From Vulcanimicrobiota bacterium (GTDB lineage: Bacteria > Vulcanimicrobiota > Vulcanimicrobiia > Vulcanimicrobiales > Vulcanimicrobiaceae): a stretch of DNA of 64,000 nt. Below the pieces are notes generated by a model, which saw nothing but the letters and a program-made list of their open reading frames with translations, was not told where the DNA came from and searched no databases. Location: assembly GCA_963723515.1 (NCBI GenBank), contig CAVRQT010000003.1:64001-128000 (forward strand). Direction: 5' to 3'. A program made the position numbers and the translations under genes. This document shows, piece after piece, positions 20,926 through 30,604 of this stretch; positions within the stretch are counted from its first letter, which is position 1; every line of letters starts with the position of its first letter.

Positions 20926-21436
20926 CGATATCTTGCTCCAGATATCGCCGCGATAGTTTAACGTATTCATCGGCCGAGATCTCGATCCAGTGCGCCGGCG
21001 CGCCTTCCAATTTTTTCTTGACGACCGCCGGCGCGCCGGCGGCCATAACTGACGAGGGGATCTGCGAATTCTCGCCCACGACACTTCCCGCTGCGATCAA
21101 GGTGCGCTCACCGATTCTCGAGCCGCCTAAGATCGTCGAGTTGCTCCCGATCAATGCAAAATTTTCGATTACACAATCTTCCATGACGGCGGCGTGACCG
21201 ACGGTCACGTCATCGCCGACAATTGTCTGTCCCGTTTCGCTGACGTGCATCACGGCATTATCTTGAATCGAGCTGCGTGCGCCGATGCGAATCGGTCCGT
21301 TGTCGCCGCGCAGCACCGCCCCGAACCAGATGCTCGACTCCGGGCCGACTTCAACGTCGCCGATCAGGGTCGCCGTGGGGGCGACAAAAGCGGAGGGGTG
21401 GACCGTGGGCCGCTTTCCGCGATACTCGATGAGCAT
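20903..21436 (-). CDS. Gamma-carbonic-anhydrase-family (YrdA/PaaY-like) left-handed beta-helix protein
   Basis: GGAGGT RBS; AFVAPTATLIGDV, IWFGAVLRGD, IQDNAVMH, VTVGH. Confidence 0.9.
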   Translation of the reverse strand: MLIEYRGKRPTVHPSAFVAPTATLIGDVEVGPESSIWFGAVLRGDNGPIRIGARSSIQDNAVMHVSETGQTIVGDDVTVGHAAVMEDCVIENFALIGSNSTILGGSRIGERTLIAAGSVVGENSQIPSSVMAAGAPAVVKKKLEGAPAHWIEISADEYVKLSRRYLEQDIGRPSTLR

Positions 21437-21504
21437 GGGATACCTCCGGCGAATGCGGTCTTTAGAACCGACGAAATTTTGATATTGCACACGAGGTCCT
21501 GTTC

Positions 21505-21783
21505 ATGAGTGAGCATCGGCATCAAACGCCGCTGCGCGGCGTGAAAGCGACGCCCCATCCCCAGCCCGACAACCCGAATTACGGCGCGATCAACTATGCC
21601 TACGCTGGCCGAACCGGGCACGTTCATGAGGTCGTGACGATCCGCGGCCAAGAACTGGCGAAAGTGGGCTTCGACGATCGTAAAATCGTCTATTACTTGC
21701 TCGAAGACTTGGAGCTGGATCAGGGCGCGAAGCGCGGAACGTTTCACGATCGCGACCTTAAAGCGAATGAGGAGAAGGGCTAG
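21505..21783 (+). CDS. Small hypothetical protein, possible SH3-like barrel
   Basis: GAGG RBS; GRTGHVHEV...AKVGFDD..IVYY..EDLE pattern. Confidence 0.6.
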   Translation: MSEHRHQTPLRGVKATPHPQPDNPNYGAINYAYAGRTGHVHEVVTIRGQELAKVGFDDRKIVYYLLEDLELDQGAKRGTFHDRDLKANEEKG

Positions 21784-21785
21784 CG

Positions 21786-22691
21786 ATGCCGATTTTGCCG
21801 GTCGATCCGCCGCAGCATGTACCCGTCATCGGCGGCTTCGATTATGTGACGGTTGACGCTGCACACCGTCGCGTCTACGCCGCGCACGTCGGAAGCCGCG
21901 CACTGCTCATCGTTGACGCCGATAGTGGAAAGATCGTCGGCCAAGTCCGCGTCGGTCCGATGTCTGGCGTGGCGTTCGACCCGAGCAGCGGCCACGTATT
22001 CACCGGCAACGGGGCGTGGCGCTCGGTTTCTGAGGTCGATCCAACAACCCTCAAGGAGTTGCGAAGCGTCGATGTGCCTGGCGAGGTGGACGCGATCGCA
22101 TACGATTCACAATCTGGACGAATCTTTGCCGATGAAGGCGACGGCACGCATATTTACGTGGTTGACGCAAAGACGTTCAAGCAGATCGGCTCGATCCACT
22201 TGCCCGGACATAAGCCCGAAGATCTGGCGATCAATGCCAAGGCCCGCGAACTCTATCAGAACATCGACAACCTCTCAGAAATCGCCGTCATCGATTTGCA
22301 GACGTTGAAAACCAAGCGGATCATCAAGACGCCGGCGCTGCAGCACAACCATCCCTTGCAATACGATCCGGTCTTCGATCAGATTCTTGTTGGGGGCATC
22401 AACGGGAAGCTCGACATTTACAGTCCGAGCGGCGCGCTGTTGCACGAATTGAACATCCCCGAACGGATCGACCAATGCAATCTCGATGCGCAGCGCCACC
22501 TGCTGGCTTGTGCCGGCAGTGGCAAGATTACGCTGATCAAGACTGATTCGTCCGCGGCACCGCAGATCGTCGGACAGATCGATGTCGCACCCGGAATGCA
22601 CACCTTAGCGATCGATCCGCAAACCGGCGCAATTTGGGCCGTCTGGGCGACGCAGGACGGCGACTTCGTCCAACGTTTTGCTTTGCAGTGA
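21786..22691 (+). CDS. YncE/YVTN-type beta-propeller protein
   Basis: GGFDYVTVD, repeated A(F/Y/I)D-(P/S) blade motifs. Confidence 0.8.
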   Translation: MPILPVDPPQHVPVIGGFDYVTVDAAHRRVYAAHVGSRALLIVDADSGKIVGQVRVGPMSGVAFDPSSGHVFTGNGAWRSVSEVDPTTLKELRSVDVPGEVDAIAYDSQSGRIFADEGDGTHIYVVDAKTFKQIGSIHLPGHKPEDLAINAKARELYQNIDNLSEIAVIDLQTLKTKRIIKTPALQHNHPLQYDPVFDQILVGGINGKLDIYSPSGALLHELNIPERIDQCNLDAQRHLLACAGSGKITLIKTDSSAAPQIVGQIDVAPGMHTLAIDPQTGAIWAVWATQDGDFVQRFALQ

Positions 22692-22716
22692 ACCACCTGC
22701 AGAAAGAGAGACGACG

Positions 22717-23373
22717 ATGCAAGTAACCGAGAGTCCAATCTTTGAAGGAGCGACAAGCGATTACCTCACGTCGCGGCACGCGCTGATTGACGCTGAGATG
22801 CGCCTGCGCGATCAAGTTGAAGCCGTGGCGCAGCAGCGACGATCGCTGCCAGAAGGCCCGTCGGTCGTGGATTTTGAGTTCACCGACGTCTCCTCGGGCA
22901 AGGGGGTGCGGTTAAGCGAGTTGTTCGGATCGCACGATTCGCTGATCATCTACAATCTAATGTTTGCGCCGAAAGATGATGCGCCGTGCCCGATGTGCAC
23001 GATGTGGGTTGATGGTTACAACGGCGTGATGCGTCAGGTCACCGACGCCGCATCGATGGCCGTCGCCTCACGCGCTCCGCTTGAAAAGCTGCGCGCATTG
23101 CGCGATTCCCGGCAATGGAATCGTCTGCGTTTGCTTTCTTCTCCGCGCGAATACGCGCGCACGATCGGTTCAGAAAATGATGATGGGACGCAAAACCCTA
23201 TTCTCACCGTTTTCCGGCGTTCGGGCAACAAGCTCTCACTTTGGTACCGCGCGAGCGCAGAATTTCCGAACGAAACCTACCGCGGCATCGACTTGCTTTC
23301 TCCGGTCTGGAACCTGCTCGATTTGCTTCCGGAAGGGCGCGGCGATTGGTTCCCGGCTGACATCAAGATCTAG
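22717..23373 (+). CDS. DUF899 thioredoxin-like protein
   Basis: VAQQRRSLP, LSELFG, CPMCT, GIDLLSPVWNLLDLLPEGRG. Confidence 0.85.
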   Translation: MQVTESPIFEGATSDYLTSRHALIDAEMRLRDQVEAVAQQRRSLPEGPSVVDFEFTDVSSGKGVRLSELFGSHDSLIIYNLMFAPKDDAPCPMCTMWVDGYNGVMRQVTDAASMAVASRAPLEKLRALRDSRQWNRLRLLSSPREYARTIGSENDDGTQNPILTVFRRSGNKLSLWYRASAEFPNETYRGIDLLSPVWNLLDLLPEGRGDWFPADIKI

Positions 23374-23379
23374 CGAACC

Positions 23380-23802
23380 ATGACGGTAACTGCTTTGCCG
23401 CAATACCGCTCGCTGCGCGGCTTGCTCCTTATTGTTGCGATTTTACTCGCGATCGGCGGCGCGGTGATCCTTTTCGATGCGCAGCTGGTTTTCTTGGCGT
23501 TGCCCATTCCAAAGGAAGCCTTCGCGCACGCGACCATCACAGTGCTGATCCAAGATTTGGGAGCGATGGCGCTCGGTATCGCGGTCGTCGTGTACGCCGC
23601 TTCGCGAGATCCCGTTCGCTACATTTCAGCCGTTGATGCGCTGATCGTCATTCTCGTGTTGCTCGCGAGCGTCGATGTGTACGCCGTGGAGAAACTGCAC
23701 TTCAATACGATCTATCCGAGCGGAATGATTTGGGCGCGCGTCGCTCTGCGCCTCATCGTAGCCATCGTGCTGCTCTGGTTACGCCCAAAGGCAGTATACT
23801 AA
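23380..23802 (+). CDS. Four-TM membrane hypothetical protein
   Basis: Four hydrophobic segments; operon-like spacing. Confidence 0.65.
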   Translation: MTVTALPQYRSLRGLLLIVAILLAIGGAVILFDAQLVFLALPIPKEAFAHATITVLIQDLGAMALGIAVVVYAASRDPVRYISAVDALIVILVLLASVDVYAVEKLHFNTIYPSGMIWARVALRLIVAIVLLWLRPKAVY

Positions 23803-23850
23803 CGGAAAGGGCGGCGACCGGAGGCGTTGAACGGGTCCGGTCGCAACGGC

Positions 23851-23926
23851 GCCGACGTAGCTCAGTTGGTAGAGCAGCTGATTCGTAATTAGCAGGTCAT
23901 CGGTTCGAGTCCGATCGTCGGCTCCA
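23851..23926 (+). tRNA. tRNA-Thr(CGT)
   Basis: Acceptor stem GCCGACG/CGTCGGC, D-arm, anticodon loop TTCGTAA, T-loop TTCGAGT, encoded CCA; 76 nt. Confidence 0.97.
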
Positions 23927-23933
23927 TATTTTG

Positions 23934-24578
23934 ATGCGAAACAAAATACGCAGGCATCCTGAGCGCGCTTTGCTCGAACACGACGAGGTCCTCGCCATTA
24001 TCGACGAGGCCCTCGTCGCGCATGTTGGCTTTGTAGACGATGGCGCACCGGTCGTTATTCCGACGACCTATGCGCGCGTCGGCAACACACTCTATCTTCA
24101 TGGCGCTGCATCAGGACGATTGATGTCAGTGACCGGCGCAGCCGAGCAGATTTGCGTAACGATCACTTTGCTCGACGGCCTCGTTCTCGCGCGATCCGCA
24201 TTCAACCATTCGATGAATTACCGCAGCGTCGTCATCTTTGGCAAGCCGCGAGTTGTTCGCGATCCCGATGAGAAGCGGCGCGCCTTTGCCGCGCTGGTTG
24301 AACATGTCGTGCCGGGTCGTGGCGACGATACACGCGAGGCCTCAGAAACCGAGCTGAAGACAACTGGAATCGTGGCGATCGATCTCGATCAATGCTCCGC
24401 GAAGCGCCGGAGCGGTCCGCCCAAAGATGCCAAAGGCGACGAATCGCTGCCACATTGGGCAGGCGTTTTGCCGGCGCAGATCGTTTTCGGCGAACCGGAG
24501 CCCGACGAAGCTGCGCAAGCCACGGGCCTACCAAACTATTTGCGCGCGTACGATCGCAGTTTGAAAAGGAGGCGCTGA
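23934..24578 (+). CDS. Pyridoxamine 5'-phosphate oxidase-like flavin-binding protein (NimA family)
   Basis: RRHPERA, AHVGFV, LYLHG, LDGLVLARSAFNHSMNYRSV, WAGVLP. Confidence 0.88.
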   Translation: MRNKIRRHPERALLEHDEVLAIIDEALVAHVGFVDDGAPVVIPTTYARVGNTLYLHGAASGRLMSVTGAAEQICVTITLLDGLVLARSAFNHSMNYRSVVIFGKPRVVRDPDEKRRAFAALVEHVVPGRGDDTREASETELKTTGIVAIDLDQCSAKRRSGPPKDAKGDESLPHWAGVLPAQIVFGEPEPDEAAQATGLPNYLRAYDRSLKRRR

Positions 24579-24697
24579 TTTTCGGTCTCACCGCCGCTCC
24601 TTCGTTCGCGGCGAGCAGTGTGCCGCCGCTGCCTGCGTGAGGAGAGCAAGAAGTGGGAAATATACGGCACCACTCGTCCCTTTATAAGGAGAGAACG

Positions 24698-24901
24698 ATG
24701 GCGTCAATTGCTCGTATAACCGAGATCAGTTCAACGTCGCAGACGAGCTTCGAGGATGCGATCCAAGCCGGAATATCGCGCGCGAATCAGACGTTACGCA
24801 ACGTTCGCGGAGCGTGGATCAAAGAGCAAAACATCGAGATCGATAACGGCAAGATCGCCGGCTATCGAGTGAATATGCTCATCACCTTCGTGCTTGAGTA
24901 G
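24698..24901 (+). CDS. Dodecin-family protein
   Basis: AAGGAG RBS; EISSTS.TSFEDAI..GI.RA..TLRNV.GAWIK...YRVN..ITF. Confidence 0.88.
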   Translation: MASIARITEISSTSQTSFEDAIQAGISRANQTLRNVRGAWIKEQNIEIDNGKIAGYRVNMLITFVLE

Positions 24902-24907
24902 GGCCGC

Positions 24908-27900
24908 TTAGCCGCTAATCGTCAGCGTTGTGGCCGCCGACCGGCCGAACTCCTCTGGTGCGTACTGCAGATGCGCCTCGGCGCCGGGCCACGCGAATGT
25001 CCCGCTGGTGACGGAACGCACGAGGTAGTGGAGTGAGTAGATGCCCGCATCGAGATGGTCGGCATAGGCGAAGATGCGGTCTTTATAGATCGTTTGGTAA
25101 TTTATCTGCCAGCTCTGCGCCTGCGCCGCAAAGAATGGCGTCGAGGTTTGGAAGGCGGTGTCGACCGCCTCCAAGCCTGCGGGCAAGGGATCGGTAATCA
25201 TCACATGGTCGACCGGATGGTCGGTAATGATCTCAAGTCCAATGTCGTAAACTGCCGCGGCACCGAGCGTCACCGGCGCCGGCTTGCTCAAACCCATCTG
25301 CGCAACGACCGGCTCGTCATTTGCGCGCCGGACGCTGCGCGTAACGCGCAGACCGCTCAGCGCGCCGGCTTGTTCCCCAGTCAACCGATACGTATACGCG
25401 ACGACATAATGGAGCGTCCCATTCCCGCTCTTTTGGAACGTCAGCGTTTTTTGTCCGCTGCCGACGCTTTGCGCATTAACGCTCAACTGATGCGCGATCG
25501 GGCGGCTGCCCGAAAACTGTACTGTTCCAACCGTATTCGAACCGACGACGGCAACGACTCGGAAATTTTGATTGGCCGGCTGCACCGACGCGTAATCGGT
25601 CAGGGCCATCAATTTCTGTGCGGTGTCATACGTGTTCAAGAAGGCGCACTCGCAATGCACGATGCTGAGCGTTCGTACGGCATTGTCCAGGAGCTCAGGT
25701 GAAGCATGTAGGGCCAGCAGCAGGCGCACGAGTTGCGCCTGAGCCACGTCCTTCGAATCGAGCCACTCCCAAGAGCCTGGAACATTTGCGGTCGCATTGC
25801 GAGCGGTGAGGTATAGGGTTTCTTGCATTTTCTTCGCGAGCGCGCGTCCTTGCGATTGCCAACCCGGAACCGACAGGAGATACCGCGCGAGACGCGCTTT
25901 TCCGGCGAAACTAAATTGCTCTCGTTGATCGTAGATGCTCGGAACAAAATCGCTGCGTGTGTTGCCGAGCTCCGAGAGCGCCAGTAGCATTTGCAACCGC
26001 ACGTCGGCTTTGCACGATGCCGCCCTGCACCAGTTCAGTTTCCCGGGATTGGCGAGCGTGTCGGAGAGATATTTCTTCAGCCCCGCGATCAGCGACTGAT
26101 CGACCGGAAGTCCTGCACGTTGCGCACGTCCGAGCGCTTGGGCGGCATAGCCGCTCATGAACGGCTCCGAGTCGCCGCCCGGCCACGCTGCGAGGCCGCC
26201 GTCGTCTTTCTTTAGTTTGGCCAGTGTCGCCACATCTGTGCGCGCTTCGTCAATCAGATTGACCTTGACCGGCTGTCCGATTTTCGGCGCGAGCTGCTTG
26301 AGGGAGGCTGCAATGATCAACCGGCTCGCCGCGGGTTCAACGAACGGCGCCGTTTCGGTCTGCAACACGCTTTGCGCGGGAGCGACGATCTGCGGGATCA
26401 CCGAGTTGCCGAGCCAGATACTTAAGGCGCCCGGCGCACTCAGCGAGAGCGGAAGCGACGTGTTGGTTTGCGTCGCCCCGGCTTGCGTGAAGGTTTCCGT
26501 CACGTCCGCATTGCGAACTTCGAACGGCACCTCGAACGCATCGCTGTGCGGCCCAAGCGTCGCATTGAACTGCATCGTCGTCGGCTGTGGCTCGCCGACA
26601 AGCATCGGGAAGCGAATCGCCTGCGTCCCGGTTGCGGCATCCGTCTGCAGATGTGCGGTTGATGACCGCGCGCCGTTTTGATCGAACTGCAGCGCCCCCG
26701 TCAGCGTGCCGGCGACGTTCGCTTGACCTGCATTTCCAGTCGTATTCGTTAGTGAGATCCCGCCTTGCAGGCGGTCGCCGGTCCGCGCGAATTGCGGCAA
26801 TAGCGGATTTGCAAGGACCGGTTTGCGCGAGATGAACGTTGCGTCGCTAACGCCGAACCGGTAATCTTGCCCTTGACCGCCTACCGCAATCGCCATAACA
26901 CGCCACGTTGTCACGTCGTCGGGCAAGGTAAATGAGAATTGTGCGTTTCCGCCCGTGTCGGTCTTCAGCGCACCGTTATAGAAGGCGAGCGGCTGAAAAT
27001 TTCGCCTCACGCGCGTGCTGCCGGCGCCTTCCATGAAACCACCGCCGTATCCGAAGCCTTTGGCGATCGGCGATGTCAGCGGCATGAGGACAACGCTGGG
27101 ACGGTTGTCGCTCAAGCGCGTTGATATCGGCTGCTCGGCGTAGACCGTTTGCACGAGATCCGGCAGACGATATCCGGTCAACTGCAGGATCGCATCGTTC
27201 ACGACCATGACGGCGAACTCGCCGCGCATCGCTCGGCCGCCGAAGTCTTTCAGTGTGAGGCTGACGCGTTGCGGACCACCGGGCGTCGTGATCGCGTTCG
27301 CGGGATGAATCGCAACCTTCAGATGCTTGCGATCGACGTTCGTGCTAAACGATGCAAAGCCGATTCGTACGAGGCTGTCGAGAGATCCGGCCGCGAGCTG
27401 TTGTAGCGGCTTACCGCGACGAACCAACACGGCCTGAACCGCGGCATTGGGCAGCATGCCGGGGGTGATTCTGAAATGCACGCGCGGCGCACCGCCGGTG
27501 ACGTGCTCGACCGATTTATACAGCACGTTTTGGCGAACGACGGAGAAATAGACGTCTGCTTGCGGATACGGCGACTGCAGAAGCGCCGTCGCAACGTCGC
27601 CCGTGTGATATGTCGATTTGTCGAGTGAAACTTTGAGCTGGCTCGGATTTTCCGAGCTCCACCGAACCGCTTCCGGCCCGGAGATCCAAATCTGTGTGTC
27701 GGTTTGCGTCGCGTCCGATTTCGCGCCCGCGAAATTGGCGCGGATGCGATAGGCGCCGGCCTTCGGCGGCGTTAGCGAGACGGTAACGGGTGTGCCGCTT
27801 GAAGTGACGTCGGTTTGCGCTAGAGTCGTATACTTGACCGCATTGCGAGCGGACTCCCCACCTTCGATCAACTGCGTCGCCGCGCTGAAATCCATCAATT

Positions 27901-30559
27901 GCAGCTCAACGTGCACCGCTTTTCCGCTTGACGCCGTGCCGTTCGGATCGGTGACGATGAGTTTGATCGGAAACGGCTTGTTTTCGTCACCAACGAAATC
28001 GTGTTGCAAGCCGATCAGCTGATCCGTTGGCAATGCCGTGAACGTCTTCGAGTCCGAAACCGAGAGATGCGAGACATCGCTGACCTCAAAGTCGACGCGG
28101 TAGTCCATCGGATAGGGCAAATCGTCGGCGACGTGCACGCCTTGCGACGCATGCCCTTGCGCATCGAGCGTTGTGTCTTGCTGAAGGACATCCGATTCGA
28201 CCGTCGGCGCTTCGTCCGGCCAGAACCACTGGCGGCCGAAAGCGTAGTTGTCCCATCCTTTTGGCTGCAGGGTCGCCTGCTGACGCGTCACGTAGAAGCG
28301 CGCGTTTGCGCCTTGCAGCGGCGCCCCGAAGAGGTAACTACTGCTGCCGGTCGCGCTAACTTCAGAACCGACCGCGGCGAATTTCTTGCTGAGCGCAAGT
28401 GACGCGTTGAAGTTCGGCGGCTTGAACTCCGCCACGCGCAGATCGCCGTCTAACTCGGTTCCATTTTCACCGACCGCCTTGATCGAGTAGTATCCCAGCG
28501 GCTGGTTCGTTTTGACGTTCCAGCGCCATGAAAAGATGCCGTATTCGTCGGTGAGCGCGGTTCCGAGCCGAGTCTCGGTGCCGTTGGAATCGCTGATTGA
28601 AATCGTATATTTTGCATGCGCGTCGCGTTTGATTGACCCATTTTGCAGGTAGTAGGCCACGCCGGTAAACATGGCATGCTCGCCTGGCTGATACATCTGG
28701 CGGTCGGAGAAGATCTGCCCGCGCGACATCGGCTTTCCGTTTGACCAGCCGAGATAGACGCCGTACGAGTATCCCGATGAGTCGTCAAGGGGCGTGTAGG
28801 TCCAATCCGCGCCGTCGCGGGCGATGATGAAAAGCGATGGAGCGGTATCGCTCGCAGCGCCTGCCGAGCAGCGCTCGACATCGATCAACGCAAGTTGGGC
28901 GGCGCCGTTGACATCGGTGCGTGCGGTCGCGCAAGGCGAAGACGTTTTTTCGCGATAGACTTCAATGGTCGATCCTGAAACAGGGCTTCCGTCGGAGAGG
29001 TGTTCGACTCCAAAGTAGGCGGCTTGCGGAAAAATTTGCGCGAACACACCCAGATTCGTTAGGCCGACGAGTCCGTAATAGGTTGCGTGGTCGTGCGGTG
29101 CGGCGCGCGCCCCATAGGCGAGCAAGCCGCTATTGCTGCCGAGCTTTCCTTGGACCGGAACGTGCAGCGCGAGAATTTCATTGTGCCCAGCGCTTGCCGG
29201 AAACGACGTCCATGAAGCGGGCGAGGGAAGCAGTGATTTGGTCGCGTCGCCGAGATCCGGTGATAAATTCGGCACCTCGGAGGGCGTTACGGCATGATAT
29301 GCCGCCTGATACTTGCCGTCCGGCAAATTGACGGCAGAAAAATCAAGGCGCAAGCGGTTCGTCTTCGCAAAGACATTCAGCCCCGTCGGTGCCCAGAAAT
29401 CTGGCGACAGATCGCTCGTCGAGAAGGTTGCGGTCTGATCTTTTCCAAGCGCCTGACCGAACTGATCTTTGAGAGCGGCGCCGATCTTGACCGTGTACGT
29501 GCGCGTTGGATCGAGCGACCACGCGTTGAGCGGGACGCTTCGATCTCCATCTGAGATGTGCAGAAGCGTCGTTGCGGGGCGGGGCGGTGGAGAAATTGTG
29601 ATCGCAGTGCTTGCCGATGCGGCATCCAAGCCATTGTTGAAGTGCAAGACCGGGTCGCCGTGCACAAAACGGGCTGCTGCTTGCGGATCGGTACCCGTTG
29701 TGCCGACGTTCATCAGCGCGAGCGGACCGTAGGTCTTGAAGCTCCCGCGAAACGTCTTGGTACTCCCCAGATTGCCGCTCGCGGGGTGAACGCCGGGCGA
29801 AATGACGAGCGCATAATCCGCTCCGCTTTCAAGCGCACGGACCGGTTTGATGTCGTAGATATAGTTTCGTAACGACGGATCGAACGATTCGGCGGCGTTG
29901 CTTTGAGGAGGCGGCGTCGCTGTTTTCTCGAGCGTTGCCGTGACCGCCGTCGACGCGTTGTCTTTCTTCGCGACCAATGCGGTGTTCTCGGCGAGCGAAC
30001 CCGTGTCAACTTGCGTGTTCGCCGTGACTTTGAGCGTCGGTGTCCGCTCGAGCGGAGTTAGGTCCTCATCGGTTTGTTCGCCGGGCAGATCCTTGAAATC
30101 AATCGCGGCGCTCGTAAACGTCCATGCGAAATCTTTTGCGAGGCGATCGTTCTTGAGATCGGTCAAGCCCGACGTGACGACCACCTTGAAGCGGCTCGCT
30201 CTTGGAATCGCTTGATCGGCTTGAAAGCCGACCATGCGCGGTGTCAAGAAGCGAAAATGCCCCGCGATCCTGGGCTCGATGCGAAAATATTTGAGCTTTG
30301 CGCTTTCGGATGGACTCTCTAATTGCTCGAGCGGGATCAACGGCTCTTTGAAGATGACGCGAATCTGGGCAAGCGTATCCGCTTCGCCTTGCGGCCCGTA
30401 GTCGGCAATCCAGTTCGGCAACGCAGGCGCAGGGAGCGGAGAAACTGCTGCTAGGGGTGCCGGCATAAGCGTACGTTGGCAGCCCGCCAGAGCAACGCAA
30501 AGCGCTAAGCAGCAACCAAGGGGCCACCTAAAACCAGTAGTCCCGCTCCAAGAAAGCAT
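24908..30559 (-). CDS. Bacterial alpha-2-macroglobulin lipoprotein
   Basis: Lipobox LAGC; FSDRQMYQPGE, VAEFKPPNF, bait-like GFGYGGG, LPDDVTTWR, DPLPAGLE, YAPEEFGR; adjacent pbpC. Confidence 0.9.
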   Translation of the reverse strand: MLSWSGTTGFRWPLGCCLALCVALAGCQRTLMPAPLAAVSPLPAPALPNWIADYGPQGEADTLAQIRVIFKEPLIPLEQLESPSESAKLKYFRIEPRIAGHFRFLTPRMVGFQADQAIPRASRFKVVVTSGLTDLKNDRLAKDFAWTFTSAAIDFKDLPGEQTDEDLTPLERTPTLKVTANTQVDTGSLAENTALVAKKDNASTAVTATLEKTATPPPQSNAAESFDPSLRNYIYDIKPVRALESGADYALVISPGVHPASGNLGSTKTFRGSFKTYGPLALMNVGTTGTDPQAAARFVHGDPVLHFNNGLDAASASTAITISPPPRPATTLLHISDGDRSVPLNAWSLDPTRTYTVKIGAALKDQFGQALGKDQTATFSTSDLSPDFWAPTGLNVFAKTNRLRLDFSAVNLPDGKYQAAYHAVTPSEVPNLSPDLGDATKSLLPSPASWTSFPASAGHNEILALHVPVQGKLGSNSGLLAYGARAAPHDHATYYGLVGLTNLGVFAQIFPQAAYFGVEHLSDGSPVSGSTIEVYREKTSSPCATARTDVNGAAQLALIDVERCSAGAASDTAPSLFIIARDGADWTYTPLDDSSGYSYGVYLGWSNGKPMSRGQIFSDRQMYQPGEHAMFTGVAYYLQNGSIKRDAHAKYTISISDSNGTETRLGTALTDEYGIFSWRWNVKTNQPLGYYSIKAVGENGTELDGDLRVAEFKPPNFNASLALSKKFAAVGSEVSATGSSSYLFGAPLQGANARFYVTRQQATLQPKGWDNYAFGRQWFWPDEAPTVESDVLQQDTTLDAQGHASQGVHVADDLPYPMDYRVDFEVSDVSHLSVSDSKTFTALPTDQLIGLQHDFVGDENKPFPIKLIVTDPNGTASSGKAVHVELQLMDFSAATQLIEGGESARNAVKYTTLAQTDVTSSGTPVTVSLTPPKAGAYRIRANFAGAKSDATQTDTQIWISGPEAVRWSSENPSQLKVSLDKSTYHTGDVATALLQSPYPQADVYFSVVRQNVLYKSVEHVTGGAPRVHFRITPGMLPNAAVQAVLVRRGKPLQQLAAGSLDSLVRIGFASFSTNVDRKHLKVAIHPANAITTPGGPQRVSLTLKDFGGRAMRGEFAVMVVNDAILQLTGYRLPDLVQTVYAEQPISTRLSDNRPSVVLMPLTSPIAKGFGYGGGFMEGAGSTRVRRNFQPLAFYNGALKTDTGGNAQFSFTLPDDVTTWRVMAIAVGGQGQDYRFGVSDATFISRKPVLANPLLPQFARTGDRLQGGISLTNTTGNAGQANVAGTLTGALQFDQNGARSSTAHLQTDAATGTQAIRFPMLVGEPQPTTMQFNATLGPHSDAFEVPFEVRNADVTETFTQAGATQTNTSLPLSLSAPGALSIWLGNSVIPQIVAPAQSVLQTETAPFVEPAASRLIIAASLKQLAPKIGQPVKVNLIDEARTDVATLAKLKKDDGGLAAWPGGDSEPFMSGYAAQALGRAQRAGLPVDQSLIAGLKKYLSDTLANPGKLNWCRAASCKADVRLQMLLALSELGNTRSDFVPSIYDQREQFSFAGKARLARYLLSVPGWQSQGRALAKKMQETLYLTARNATANVPGSWEWLDSKDVAQAQLVRLLLALHASPELLDNAVRTLSIVHCECAFLNTYDTAQKLMALTDYASVQPANQNFRVVAVVGSNTVGTVQFSGSRPIAHQLSVNAQSVGSGQKTLTFQKSGNGTLHYVVAYTYRLTGEQAGALSGLRVTRSVRRANDEPVVAQMGLSKPAPVTLGAAAVYDIGLEIITDHPVDHVMITDPLPAGLEAVDTAFQTSTPFFAAQAQSWQINYQTIYKDRIFAYADHLDAGIYSLHYLVRSVTSGTFAWPGAEAHLQYAPEEFGRSAATTLTISG

Positions 30560-30604
30560 GGGCTTGCCTCCGACGGTCCGAATTCACCGCGCACCACGAC
30601 AACC

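Noticed and set aside
23851..23926. tRNA as an integration site for an island
   Set aside because: No integrase, no duplicated tRNA 3' end and no obvious compositional shift were seen.
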